This document shows positions 10,765 to 21,019 of a stretch of 64,000 bases of DNA, piece by piece. The position numbers and the translations under genes are program-made. The stretch is from IMG/VR virus record IMGVR_UViG_3300036792_000176, positions 23,998-87,997 of that record. One strand, given 5' to 3'. The stretch's first letter is position 1, and each line of letters starts with the position of its first letter. The DNA comes from a virus. A model generated the notes under the pieces. The model saw only the letters and a list, made by a program, of their open reading frames with translations. It searched no databases and was not told the DNA's origin.

Positions 10765-11038
10765 GTACGCCGATAGGCTCAGGAAGCATAACGATATGCT
10801 AATCATCCTGTCTGGAATGGGCAAAGCCGAGCGCGCCGTAAGATGGATCGTATTCATAACAGCGGCTGTATCGACAACCGTCGGTATATACCTTGCGTTT
10901 GACCACACCCCGAACATTGGCTACGGCTGGCCTATGATCGTGACCGGCGTAATCATGCTCATCCTGTTCGGGCCGCTCTACGACCAGTTCATGTATCTGT
11001 GCATAAGAGTGAACGACTGCTGGCCACCGAGAGGCTGA
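10718..11038 (+). CDS. two-TM membrane protein
   Basis: two hydrophobic segments. Confidence 0.6.
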   Translation: MATGRSGRMDAERERRYADRLRKHNDMLIILSGMGKAERAVRWIVFITAAVSTTVGIYLAFDHTPNIGYGWPMIVTGVIMLILFGPLYDQFMYLCIRVNDCWPPRG

Positions 11039-11067
11039 GCCCTGGAGCTCCGAGATACGGACGTAAG

Positions 11068-11099
11068 AGGGCCCGGTAGCCGTACGGCTACCGGGCCCT
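11068..11099. terminator. 32-bp perfect palindrome between convergent genes
   Basis: AGGGCCCGGTAGCCGT|ACGGCTACCGGGCCCT. Confidence 0.75.
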
Positions 11100-11141
11100 A
11101 GGCGCGCGGCGTAGGGGCGAGCTCCGCCCCGTTTACGCGAG

Positions 11142-11672
11142 CTAGAGGATCATAGGGTTCCATAGGCGGTCGCGTAGGCGGGCTGACTTACGGGCACGAC
11201 GTAGCATGGTGATGAGGTGACGGGCAGCATCACGCTTATGCATACTGCCTACAGTATCCTGGTACAGACCCCAGGCCCTGAGACGATCGTCCGTAGCGGT
11301 GCTCTTCGCCATACCGCGCGTCTGCTGCACGATACGCGCGTCATTCAGGAATCTACGATGCCTGGCATACTCGAGCATGGCATTTATGCGAACCGGAGAG
11401 AACACGTCATCGTCTGTGAAGGGGTTGTCATTATCGAACTTCTCGGTGACGACGGCCGGTCCTATTCCGTAGTCCAGGCTCTGTACCTCACGGACGGTTC
11501 GGGCGATAATGTCAACCTGGGCACATTCATCGCCGGTAACCTCTCGGCACTCGAAGCGCAGCCATCTTCCGGGGGCATCGCCGTAGATCGACATCCGAGG
11601 TACCTGTGCTATGCATATCCCAGTAGTTCCGCCAGGATCAAGTGCGACCATGTTCAGATGCGGGGGTGTCAC
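11142..11672 (-). CDS. RuvC-like Holliday junction resolvase
   Basis: N-terminal ALDPGGTTGI, central VVTEKF, C-terminal HKRDAARH. Confidence 0.8.
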   Translation of the reverse strand: MTPPHLNMVALDPGGTTGICIAQVPRMSIYGDAPGRWLRFECREVTGDECAQVDIIARTVREVQSLDYGIGPAVVTEKFDNDNPFTDDDVFSPVRINAMLEYARHRRFLNDARIVQQTRGMAKSTATDDRLRAWGLYQDTVGSMHKRDAARHLITMLRRARKSARLRDRLWNPMIL

Positions 11673-12182
11673 ACAGTCACCACGATTACTGCTATCACTG
11701 CCGCTAGTGCGACGACCATGCATGTCATGACGATGCCTAGCATGAAGCCAGCTACAGCAGGAGGGAAGTCCACTCCTGTAGCCATGAATGTAATTGTACG
11801 AATTCTCTCGTCCAGATCTGCGAGCCGTGTCATCACCGGATCACTTCCTTCCATTCTTCCCATTTCATATTGGGGTGGTCTTGCTCCCAGCGTCTTCGCT
11901 TCTCGAGCTTGCGGTACCGTTTGGCCGTGTAGAGCATGAAGCCACATATTGCAACTAGTAGGTACGGAATCATTTCCGTTATCATATCCGAATACCTCCG
12001 GCTAGTGTCTGTGATGAGAGGGTAAGGTAGCCAATTGCATGAGAAGCCATCGCCAGAATCTCGGGTAGTGGCAATGCCCTGCACGAGATATCTACCGGGC
12101 AGTGAAGGTCACCGGAGTACTCGTCATACTGCATATAAACACCGTGAATTCCGCAGAACGGCGATGAAGAGGAGTCGGGCAA
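11669..12182 (-). CDS. small membrane/hypothetical genes upstream of the resolvase
   Basis: overlapping short - strand ORFs with hydrophobic segments. Confidence 0.5.
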
Positions 12183-12281
12183 AGTTTCCCTTTCTGCGTA
12201 TTAAGGTTTCTCGGGCGGACCCCCGATCGGTACGGTAAGGTAACCGCTAGCTAAGCCCGAGCCCGGAGGTCCTGCCCGATA

Positions 12282-14423
12282 ATGAGTATAGCCGATCGTA
12301 CCCGAAACCGCGCGGTTTCGGGCGATTCGGAGGAGCGCCGTGACGCTGCGCTTCTCACTGCAAGGAGGCTAGTTCGCTATGGAATGCCCGTATTTCCAGC
12401 AAGGGTTGATGAAGATGGAAATCCCGACAGAGACGATAGACGATGGGCACGGTGGCAGAGGTACCCTGCAGATATGGATGTACTTGCAGGATACCGCCCC
12501 GGCGACGCACTGGCGGCAGTATGCGGCATCACATTCGATGTCATTGACATCGACCCGAGGAACGGCGGCAAGTTCTCATTCAACAGGATGTCGGATGAGC
12601 TCGGCGACTCGGCTCCAAAAGTGTACGGAATGTCTAAGACGCCGAGTGGCGGAACTCACCTCTACATCGCAGCTCTGGGCATAGGTAGCCATAACGGCTT
12701 TATGCCGGGAATTGACCTAAAGGGTGGATTCCCAGACGGTAGTGGACGTGGCTTTGTATTCATCCCTCCAACCATCCGTCCGGTCAAAGGACACGATGGC
12801 GAAAACGGTGTCATAACAGGCGGATACGCCGAACAGGGCGTACGCATGGGTACGTACAAATGGCTCGAGCAGATGTCGCCCCCAGGAGGAGACTCATCCT
12901 CAGAGGAGATCTCATCCTACATACTGGCAGCCGTAGAAGGATCGCGAACACAGAGACCTACTGGTCAGCATGGTGCGAGGATAACCGCTAATCGGCTACG
13001 GTCTGACTGTATCAAGGCCGAGGCCGGGGGACAGCGCGCAGCCATGCTCCGTTATGTTCACGAGCTAGAGCGCAAGGGCTACGACAAGAATGACATCCTG
13101 GTTCTACTTCGCAGTCTATGCGCAGATATGCCCGTTTACGATGAGCGTCGCCCTTGGTGGCCTGTAAAAGGTCGCAACCCGGACCGAGAGCTGCTGACGC
13201 TGTTCCATCGTAGCGGGACAGTGATACCGGACGCCACCGATGAAGAGCTAAGCATTCTTGAGGGTCCCAGCGTGGCACAGGTTGTGCCGATGGGACTGAC
13301 GCCATTCTCTGAGATAGACCGCGGTCTCAGCAGCTGGCTCTGGAAAAGATACATCGCTGTCGGTGACATAACCATACTGGACGGAGACGCTGGTAATGGT
13401 AAGTCACTGATAACGCTAGACATCGGCGCTCGCGCAACTCGAGGGCGTGAGATGCCGGATGACTCGGACGGGCCTGATTGCTGCTCTGTCCTGCTGCTAG
13501 CGCCAGAGGACAGCGACAAGGTGACGGCTGGACGTCTAGAGGCCGCGAGCGCGGATATGACGCGGATCTTCAGGCCAGCGCTCACCCTGAGGAAGAAGAA
13601 GGGCAACGATGATCCGAAGGCGTACTCTGGGGATGAGCTAGTAACATTCCCAAAGAGCGTCAATAGGCTCAGAAGATGGATCGTAGCCTACGGCATCAAG
13701 CTGATCATAGTTGACCCCATCTCTGCGTTTCTGGGCGAGAAGGTCAACAGCAACAACGACGCGAGCGTCCGCCAGGCCCTGGCCCCTCTGAGCGCAATGC
13801 TATCAGAGGTAGGGTGTAGCGCCATATTCATCCGGCACTACAACAAGGACTCTACCCTCAAGGCGGCGCACCGTGGCGGTGGCTCGGTAGCGTTCGGTGC
13901 GGTATCCCGCGTACAGCTGATCAGTGGCGAGGTACCGGCCGATAAGGCCGAGAAGTTCCAGTGTGAGGGCAAGGTCTTCGGTATAACGCAGGTGAAGAAC
14001 AACCACCTGAACCGTAGGCCAGGATACACGCTAGCGTATACCATTCAGGACAGTGACGTTGTCGCTGACACCGATGGCAACATGGCCCCTATGGTGCGCT
14101 GGCTCGGAGAGCTCACGCTGAGTGCGGACGAGCTAGCTGGCTCCGAGGTTAAGCCGAGACGCGGGCCAGAGCCGATGGTTCAGGATGAGATATCTGAAGT
14201 CATCCAGTCCATGTTCGAGCATCAGGAGGTATGGGACGCCAAGGATGCCGTGAACGAGATAAAGGCGGCGGGTATCTCTGCCAACATGAGTACGGTGAAC
14301 AAGGTGAAGAAGAAGATGGGTATCCGCAGCGTTCCGAGGCGCACGCGGGGTAAGCCTGGAACAACAGGCTGGAACTGGGTAATGGACGTAAAAATGAAGG
14401 TATCTGAAGAGGAAGAAGAATAG
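12282..14423 (+). CDS. bifunctional DNA primase/polymerase fused to AAA_25/RepA-type helicase
   Basis: GMPVFP, DVIDID, TPSGGTHLY and FVFIPPT Prim-Pol motifs; Walker A GDAGNGKS; IIVDP; RHYNK. Confidence 0.9.
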   Translation: MSIADRTRNRAVSGDSEERRDAALLTARRLVRYGMPVFPARVDEDGNPDRDDRRWARWQRYPADMDVLAGYRPGDALAAVCGITFDVIDIDPRNGGKFSFNRMSDELGDSAPKVYGMSKTPSGGTHLYIAALGIGSHNGFMPGIDLKGGFPDGSGRGFVFIPPTIRPVKGHDGENGVITGGYAEQGVRMGTYKWLEQMSPPGGDSSSEEISSYILAAVEGSRTQRPTGQHGARITANRLRSDCIKAEAGGQRAAMLRYVHELERKGYDKNDILVLLRSLCADMPVYDERRPWWPVKGRNPDRELLTLFHRSGTVIPDATDEELSILEGPSVAQVVPMGLTPFSEIDRGLSSWLWKRYIAVGDITILDGDAGNGKSLITLDIGARATRGREMPDDSDGPDCCSVLLLAPEDSDKVTAGRLEAASADMTRIFRPALTLRKKKGNDDPKAYSGDELVTFPKSVNRLRRWIVAYGIKLIIVDPISAFLGEKVNSNNDASVRQALAPLSAMLSEVGCSAIFIRHYNKDSTLKAAHRGGGSVAFGAVSRVQLISGEVPADKAEKFQCEGKVFGITQVKNNHLNRRPGYTLAYTIQDSDVVADTDGNMAPMVRWLGELTLSADELAGSEVKPRRGPEPMVQDEISEVIQSMFEHQEVWDAKDAVNEIKAAGISANMSTVNKVKKKMGIRSVPRRTRGKPGTTGWNWVMDVKMKVSEEEEE

Positions 14424-14431
14424 GTAAACCC

Positions 14432-14461
14432 TAGCCTGCAGTCGCCGAGATAGGGTAGGAT
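14432..14461 (+). promoter_or_regulatory. phage promoter TAGCCT-N18-TAGGAT, leaderless
   Basis: ATG at 14468, 6 nt downstream. Confidence 0.6.
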
Positions 14462-14665
14462 AGGGGTATGACGTACCGTACCGGGGCGACCCCCGAATAC
14501 TGGTGCGACCCCGGTAGGCCGAGAACAGAGGAATACCCATGAACTGGCCGTATGAGGAGTGCGAGGTTTGCGGAGGCGCTCTGATGTTCAACGGCGATGA
14601 CTGGATGCACATCAACTCCGGGAAAGACGACACCCTTCACATCCCTTCACCAGACAGGAAGACGA

Positions 14666-15808
14666 ATGCCTAAGATCGAAATCAAGACGCAGATGACTGC
14701 CCAGCAGCTGATCGATCTCATAATGGCGAGCGGGGCTGACCTGAGCAAGCCTGCACAGATCTTCATCGACCTGGGGAACGACGGTGCCGAGTACTATGGC
14801 ATCGGAAAGGTCGAGACCTGCTTCCATCCGGCCAGCAAGGACGACGAGCCCAATCCGTACACGAGCCTCGTTATCGGGCTCGGCGAATTCCACTGCGGGT
14901 GATGACATGCCTCGATCAAGCGAGTTCGCCAGGAAAGACCGGCAGCTCACGGGTGCCATCAAGAAGGTGCGCTCCGAGCTGCGCAACATCGTTCTGGACT
15001 GGAATTCTGGTAGCTATCACGACAAGACTGCCAAGGACAGGAACAACACCCTAGCCACAATGTACGCCGCTGCCGAGCGAGCCCAGTTTGAGGCGTTCGA
15101 GGTTAAGCAGCTGATCGCTAGTTGGAAGGACCTGGAATCCGGCATGCCGGTTACCGCTCCTACGCAGCCCCAGCGAGTCATCCCTCACGCTCCGGAGTGC
15201 GAGGAGTTCGCGCTTACTACCAGGATCGGCAAGCAGCTGGACGAAGAGTTCAATAGCGGAAAGCTCGACGAGGGCACCTACTACCACAGCCTAAACGCTC
15301 TCGTCGCAACGCTACACGAGGCCGAAGAGTGCCCTGGCCGTCACGAGAAGCCTAGGGGCTAATTATGCCCGATACACTCAAGAGCCGGAAGGCTGAAATC
15401 AGCCGCGATCTCCGCGCCCGAATAAATCGAGGTGAGGAGATTGCCGGCAGTATCCTCCCTAAGAATCCATTCACCATACAAGTCGTCGGCAAGTCTTTCA
15501 GCAATCTGCAGGCGAGGATCATCTACTCTGATCAGGCACCGTACTACATAACGGTTACCGAGGGTGATACATTCGCGGTCGATGGATCCGGAAGGACCGA
15601 GCCTGCTGTCAAGACCGAGCCTGCTGTCAGGCCCGACTTCTCGGTCGACATAAGCGAGGCTAAGTTCAGCAACCGTAACGGACTGGACCTAACGTTCTAC
15701 CCGCATGGCCCTAGCCATGGCTTTACGATATCAGATATGACGACGGCCGAGCTGGCCGTAGTTCACCGCTACATCGGTGAGTTTCTAGAGGGGCAAAAGA
15801 ATGGTTAG
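14666..15808 (+). CDS. hypothetical proteins (14666-14902, 14907-15362, 15365-15808)
   Basis: tightly packed ORFs. Confidence 0.65.
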
Positions 15809-16808
15809 TCTGGACAGCCGCAATTTCCATGCGGATGAGATGGACCTGGACGCGGCACTCAACAAGGTGCGCAAGCTCATCGAGCGGTCGAGCTACCATC
15901 AGGATCACGGCGAGCAGGATAGGGCTAACGACCTGCTCACACAGGCCGATGCCCTCATGTTCAAGTACTCCATCGACAAGGCGATGGCAGAAGCGGCGAA
16001 GCCCTCTGCCGAGCAGGCAAAGCCCAAGAGGATCAAGGTCGAGATGTGCGGCCCTGGCGACCCGCTGGCATTCGAGATCTCATGCCTGGTCAACGTGGTA
16101 GCCAGGCACTGCCGTTGCATGGCCATCTGGCTCCCCTCAGACTACAGGCCACATGTCTCGGAGATCTTCGGGTACGAGTCAGACGTACGCTACGCCGAGA
16201 TGCTTTACACCCAGCTCCTCATGCACATGACTTCGGTCCTCTTCCCCAAGATGGACCCAAGCAAGACGCTCGGCGAGAACTGTTACACCCTTCACAACCA
16301 GGGACTCAACTGGCTGGACATGGCCGAGCTTGATGGCTGGAAGAAGCTTCCGGCTGCTGACTATCCGGGCGTCAAGGTTCCGTTCACCAAGGACTTTGAT
16401 TTCAGCGTATCGCCGTCCACGAAGGTGGGCGGCATCTACAAGCGCGCGTACTACGCTGAGTGCAAGCGCCTTGGCGAGCAGCCTAAGATCGTGCCCGCCT
16501 CGGCAAGCAGGCAGGCGCGTACCGACGCATTCCGAAAGAGTGTGGCCAAGGGGTACGTCAATCGTATCGCAGAGCGTCTCTTCAGGGTCGAGAAGGCCCA
16601 GAACAAGGTCGGCACAGCACTGGTCCTGGCAGGCCAGAAGGACACGATCGAGGCTATGTTCGCTGAGGCATATCCGCACAGCAAGTCTTCGGTGGACGAG
16701 TTCAAGGCCAAGAGCAACCCCGAGGCGATGCTCAGGGGTATGAGGCGCGCGGACGAGGCCGACCTGAGCGTCGGCGTCGGTGGCGGCAGGGCGAGGGCCA
16801 TCGGGTGA
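15801..16808 (+). CDS. DUF2786-like protein
   Basis: LNKVRKLI...A..LM.KYSID N-terminus and FGYESD motif. Confidence 0.7.
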   Translation: MVSLDSRNFHADEMDLDAALNKVRKLIERSSYHQDHGEQDRANDLLTQADALMFKYSIDKAMAEAAKPSAEQAKPKRIKVEMCGPGDPLAFEISCLVNVVARHCRCMAIWLPSDYRPHVSEIFGYESDVRYAEMLYTQLLMHMTSVLFPKMDPSKTLGENCYTLHNQGLNWLDMAELDGWKKLPAADYPGVKVPFTKDFDFSVSPSTKVGGIYKRAYYAECKRLGEQPKIVPASASRQARTDAFRKSVAKGYVNRIAERLFRVEKAQNKVGTALVLAGQKDTIEAMFAEAYPHSKSSVDEFKAKSNPEAMLRGMRRADEADLSVGVGGGRARAIG

Positions 16809-17658
16809 CAGTAGAAGAGGTGAGGCGTGTCCAGAAGGTACTCGGCCTCCTAGACACGCACTTGGTATACGTGGATGCGGAAGAGGGATTCTGGATGGCG
16901 CACACTCAGCAGGAGCGCGAGAGTGTGCCAGATCTGCATGAGTGCCGCATCCACAGATACCTATGCCGCGAGCCTATCGTGGTTACCGGCTGGTACATAA
17001 TCGAGGAAGACGGATCGATCGGAAGGATTGACATGAGAATGGAATCGCCGTGATACGCGAGGGATTCGAGCGCCTGTACGCCACATGGGTGTATAACTTC
17101 GACAGATGGGCGTGGAAGCGGCGCTGGCGCATGATCAAGATGCGCCACAGGGAGTTCACCGATAGGTTCGAGCACTGGTACGAGACTGGCAACTGGTGGT
17201 ACGACCGTGGGTGAATTCATAGTGGCCATGGCGAAGGAGATTGCATTCATCGTCATGGCCACGACGGTGATCCTTGCCGTCCAGTACCTGATAGTACGAT
17301 ACATCCTGAACGGGATCATGGACGTGGTAGACCACACGCACCCCCTGGCTCTATGGCGTCTGCGTCTTCTGTTCTTCCGGCTCAGCGGTCGATGCCGTGA
17401 GTGTCATCTCAGGAACGGCATCCACAGGTTCGGGTGCACCAGAAGACAAGGCGAGGAGTGACTATGTATTTCTGGCCATGGCTTGCAGCACTTCTGTCAT
17501 CGCTAGTTGCATGCTTCGTTTTCCTGGCGGCTGCGATGCTGTCGAACCCTGGGTCTAAGAGGGAGAAGTTCATGGCTTACATGTGCGTGAGCTCTTTCCT
17601 TGTATTCCTGCTGCTGGTGTACATGTCCGCATCTATACACGGGGTAACCTCCAAGTAG
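16805..17658 (+). CDS. small hypothetical and membrane proteins
   Basis: overlapping short ORFs, two of them hydrophobic. Confidence 0.55.
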
Positions 17659-17757
17659 ACTGCGCGGCCGGTAGGAGGGTTTCTAGCCGAAACGGTAGCG
17701 GGCTCCGGCCCGGTACGGTACGCTTTACCTAGCGCCCGAATAGAGTAGGAGAGCCGA

Positions 17758-18531
17758 GTGTTTACCTGCGGCAACTGTCACGAACAGCACGAAACCGCCG
17801 ACGAAGGCAGGCGTTGTTACGCATCGGCCCCAGCGCGCGAGATGACGCCCGAGCAGCTGGAATTCATCAACACCCTCCTCGTGGAACGTGACATGACTCC
17901 GCTTCCGCTGGTTCCGAGGCCGAACCTGACGCTGTCGGAGGCTACGGCAGAGATCAAACGCCTGCTGCTGATCAAGGTGCGTGTTGCCGATACCGGCATA
18001 CCAGAAGGCTACTACGCAGTCGCATCCATCACCGGGAACAATGACTTTGACTTCTTCCGGATCGATCGCCCAGACAAGGGCAAGTGGGCTGGCTACACAT
18101 TCGTCAAGCGCGTCATCGGAGGCCACCCCGACGTAAATGTTAGCAAGGTAGAGGCTCGCAAGGCGATCGCGGCAATACGGCAGGCCGGGATTGATGAGTC
18201 CGGCGAGCTGTACGGCGAGAAGATGAAAGCCTGCTACAAGTGCAACACATCCCTAACCAAACACGCGAGCACCGTGCTTAAGGTCGGCCGCACCTGCGCC
18301 GGCAGAGTCGGCAAGGGCGCGCTCTGGGATTCCATCCAGGCAGAGTTCGAGAAGGAGGGTAAGAATGGCGACGAAGATAGTGCTGCTAGCGGTAGAGGTA
18401 GAAGACCCGACCCCCGCGGAGCAGATCCAGAGCGCAAACCCCGGGCTGTCGGAAGAGACGATCCAGATGTACCAAAGAGTCGCCGACCTTCTCGGCCCCG
18501 TGGGCGAGCCCGCGCTGCGAGAGCTGTGTAA
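17758..18531 (+). CDS. zinc-finger protein (DUF6011-like C-terminal domain)
   Basis: CGNC..H, PEGYYAV, CYKCNTSLT...S...VGRTC. Confidence 0.6.
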   Translation: MFTCGNCHEQHETADEGRRCYASAPAREMTPEQLEFINTLLVERDMTPLPLVPRPNLTLSEATAEIKRLLLIKVRVADTGIPEGYYAVASITGNNDFDFFRIDRPDKGKWAGYTFVKRVIGGHPDVNVSKVEARKAIAAIRQAGIDESGELYGEKMKACYKCNTSLTKHASTVLKVGRTCAGRVGKGALWDSIQAEFEKEGKNGDEDSAASGRGRRPDPRGADPERKPRAVGRDDPDVPKSRRPSRPRGRARAARAV

Positions 18532-18849
18532 CAGTATGTGCAGCGAAAGCAGGAACGAAGGGTACTACAACGGGTAGCATCCGTCGATAACGAGGAGAAC
18601 GGCATGAACGACAAAAGCCAGTACGTCGGCAACACGATGGGGGCGTCCAACTCTCAGGGTCCCTCGACGCCGAAGTGGTCGAAGGACTGGCAGTTTCAGC
18701 TGGCCAAGCAGTTTGAAGGAACCCGCTGGGACATCTAGCGTCCCCTGAATGTCCTGCTCGTGCGAAAGCCAACGAGTCCCGATGTAGTGGGTACTGCCAA
18801 GGCGAGCAGGGCCTTGAGGGGATGATCCCTCTGGGAGGAGGTGAATGTA

Positions 18850-18972
18850 ATGGAAACTAGCGTCGTCGAGAAGAACAACGTCACGATGCAGCAAACGGTG
18901 CACGGCACGTTCCAGCCCAAGGGCTGGGAGCTGGCCCTGGGCTGGGAGCTGATCCGCAACATGCAGCCGTAG
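18850..18972 (+). CDS. 40-aa peptide behind a structured leader
   Basis: GGAGGAGGTGA SD; METSVVEK...GWELALGWELIRNMQP. Confidence 0.6.
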   Translation: METSVVEKNNVTMQQTVHGTFQPKGWELALGWELIRNMQP

Positions 18973-19000
18973 TACCCGATCCCGAGTAGTCCTGTTGTGG

Positions 19001-19029
19001 ACCGGCCGGAGCTTCCCCCTCCGGCCGGT
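19001..19029 (+). terminator. hairpin terminator candidate
   Basis: ACCGGCCGGAG/CTCCGGCCGGT stem. Confidence 0.6.
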
Positions 19030-19049
19030 CAGTTAATGGAGGAATAATA

Positions 19050-19856
19050 ATGCTGCTTGAGCAGCGTATCGCTTACTACAACAAGCAGACCGGCCGAGAT
19101 GATTGCAGGCCAGGTCCGCAGGCAAGGAGGGCAAGGCACAAGAGGAAAGGAGGCAGGGCTCACAGCCATGATGGCAACCGCTGCCCGATCTGCCAGCCTC
19201 TTCCGCAGGTCAAGGTGCAGATGCAGAACCAAGAGACGGGAGATCCCAGGAATTGGGTTCAGAACTTGCTGTTGTCGCAGCGGCCGCGATAGTATTTGGC
19301 GGCGGCAGCATCTGGATCGGATGTCTATGGTTCAGGAACCATCTTCACGAGAGGTGGCTACGGAAAGAGCAGAACTCTTACGAGAGACAGAGAGTAACGG
19401 GAGACAGGAAACAGGAATGGCTACAATAACCAATCGAGAGGACGTCGACAAGCTTATCGACAATGCCGGGGTGTACCCTGGCGACGAGGACAGTTTCACC
19501 GGTCCTGTCGTAAGGATCGTCGAGTACAAGAACCAAGCCGGAGAGACCATATTCGGAGTGGTGTACGAGATCGAGGCTGCCAAGAACATGCTGGACCGGT
19601 ACGATCACCCTTCGCAGTACATTCGTAACCCGAAGGTGATCTGGCGACACGCGGAATGGATCTCATGAGTCGCACATTCGTAATCTCTCTCGACGTGAGC
19701 GAGGGGACGGCTCTGGGGTTTCTACGGGCAACCCAGAAAAGGAAATCCCTCCGGGCCAAGACGGACGACGGCACGGCATTCGACGTGCCGGTCCTGTTCA
19801 TCTACCCGACCGACGATACCGGTCACTGCAGTCAGCATACGGAACAAGAGAAATAA
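19050..19856 (+). CDS. small hypothetical genes (19050-19292, 19417-19668, ~19665-19856)
   Basis: RBS-preceded short ORFs. Confidence 0.55.
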
Positions 19857-19959
19857 CCCCTCAATCCTACCGTAACAGTAGGGTTTCCGGCAAAACACCC
19901 CGCCCCCGTTTTCAGGGAATGGGCACCCCCAGAAAAATCTCCGAGGGAGATAGATTCAC

Positions 19960-20811
19960 ATGACAGCTAGTACCCAGCGAATGATCCTGGTCTCGAACAT
20001 CCACCCCAACCCGAACAACCCTCGTAAAGAGGCCGGGAACGTCACCGAGCTCGCCCGCCAGATCAAGGACCGGGTCGACCAGGGTCTGCCCGCTCTCGTC
20101 CAGCCCATCATGGTGATCCCGGCACCACAGTACGGCGGAGACCACGTCATGATCGAGGACGGGTATCGCCGCTGGGTGGCCGGTAAGAGTGTGGTGCGCG
20201 CTCTTGAGTGCACAGTCAACTACCCGCGTCCGGACGAGGACCTTACCCGGAGGGCTCTGTCAATCGGCCTGGTCACGGCCCTCCACAAGATGGATCTCAC
20301 CCCGCTCGAGAAGGCGGATGCGTTCGGTCGTCTGCACAAAGAATTCGGCATGACGCAGGATGCCATCGGGAAACAGTTCGGTATCACCGGTAGCTCTGTC
20401 GGCTACTACATGGCTCTCCTCGATCTGTCCGATAAGTCCAGGGGTGACGTCGCATCCGGGAAGCTGTCGGCGGATCGAGCGATCTCTGCCGTCAGAGAGC
20501 ACAGGTCCAAGAATCGCAAGAAGAGCGGCAAGAAGCCTATCGATGTCGGCTGGGAGCCGGATCACTTCAGCGATAGCCATTACCTGGCGAAGAACGCCAA
20601 GGTAATGTGCGACGCTCGCGGGCACGGTAGCCGTCGGCGCTTCGCGGGTGCCTGTCACGCCTGCTGGGAGACGGTCATCCGTCGTGACGAGAATCAGGTC
20701 ACTAAGGTGGACTTCCTTACCGCCGGATCGAAGGAGCTCCAGTTCATGCCACCCGCCCCTCTCGAGAACGGCGTCGCTGGCGTGAACGGAACTACGGGCA
20801 ATCACAAGTGA
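19960..20811 (+). CDS. ParB/Srx-like nuclease-domain protein with HTH
   Basis: IHPNPNNPRK, LVQPIMV, IEDGYRRW, LTPLEKADAF..L...FGMTQ..IG. Confidence 0.85.
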   Translation: MTASTQRMILVSNIHPNPNNPRKEAGNVTELARQIKDRVDQGLPALVQPIMVIPAPQYGGDHVMIEDGYRRWVAGKSVVRALECTVNYPRPDEDLTRRALSIGLVTALHKMDLTPLEKADAFGRLHKEFGMTQDAIGKQFGITGSSVGYYMALLDLSDKSRGDVASGKLSADRAISAVREHRSKNRKKSGKKPIDVGWEPDHFSDSHYLAKNAKVMCDARGHGSRRRFAGACHACWETVIRRDENQVTKVDFLTAGSKELQFMPPAPLENGVAGVNGTTGNHK

Positions 20812-20983
20812 AGCGACTTCGGTACAAGTACTCCCCTGTATACCGCCGGATATACCTATTGTACGGCGAGAAGAATGGGCATGCCGTACTCAAGGGGAAG
20901 CGAGCATGGCGCAAGGTTAACGGCGTTGGATTTAACACCAGGAAGTTCGGTAATCGCATCATCCTATTCCGGCGCTACTAGGC

Positions 20984-21012
20984 TAGCGCGCTAGGCCGGT
21001 ATGGAGTAGAAT
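20984..21012 (+). promoter_or_regulatory. phage promoter TAGCGC-N17-TAGAAT, leaderless
   Basis: ATG at 21020. Confidence 0.65.
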
Positions 21013-21019
21013 AAGGGGT

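Noticed and set aside
15594-15629. Tandem duplication GACCGAGCCTGCTGTCA
   Set aside because: A local in-frame duplication (TEPAV twice) with no wider pattern.
19960-20811. ParB as proof of a plasmid-prophage lifestyle
   Set aside because: No ParA, repressor or integrase is recognised in the window, and solitary ParB-like genes are common in lytic phages.
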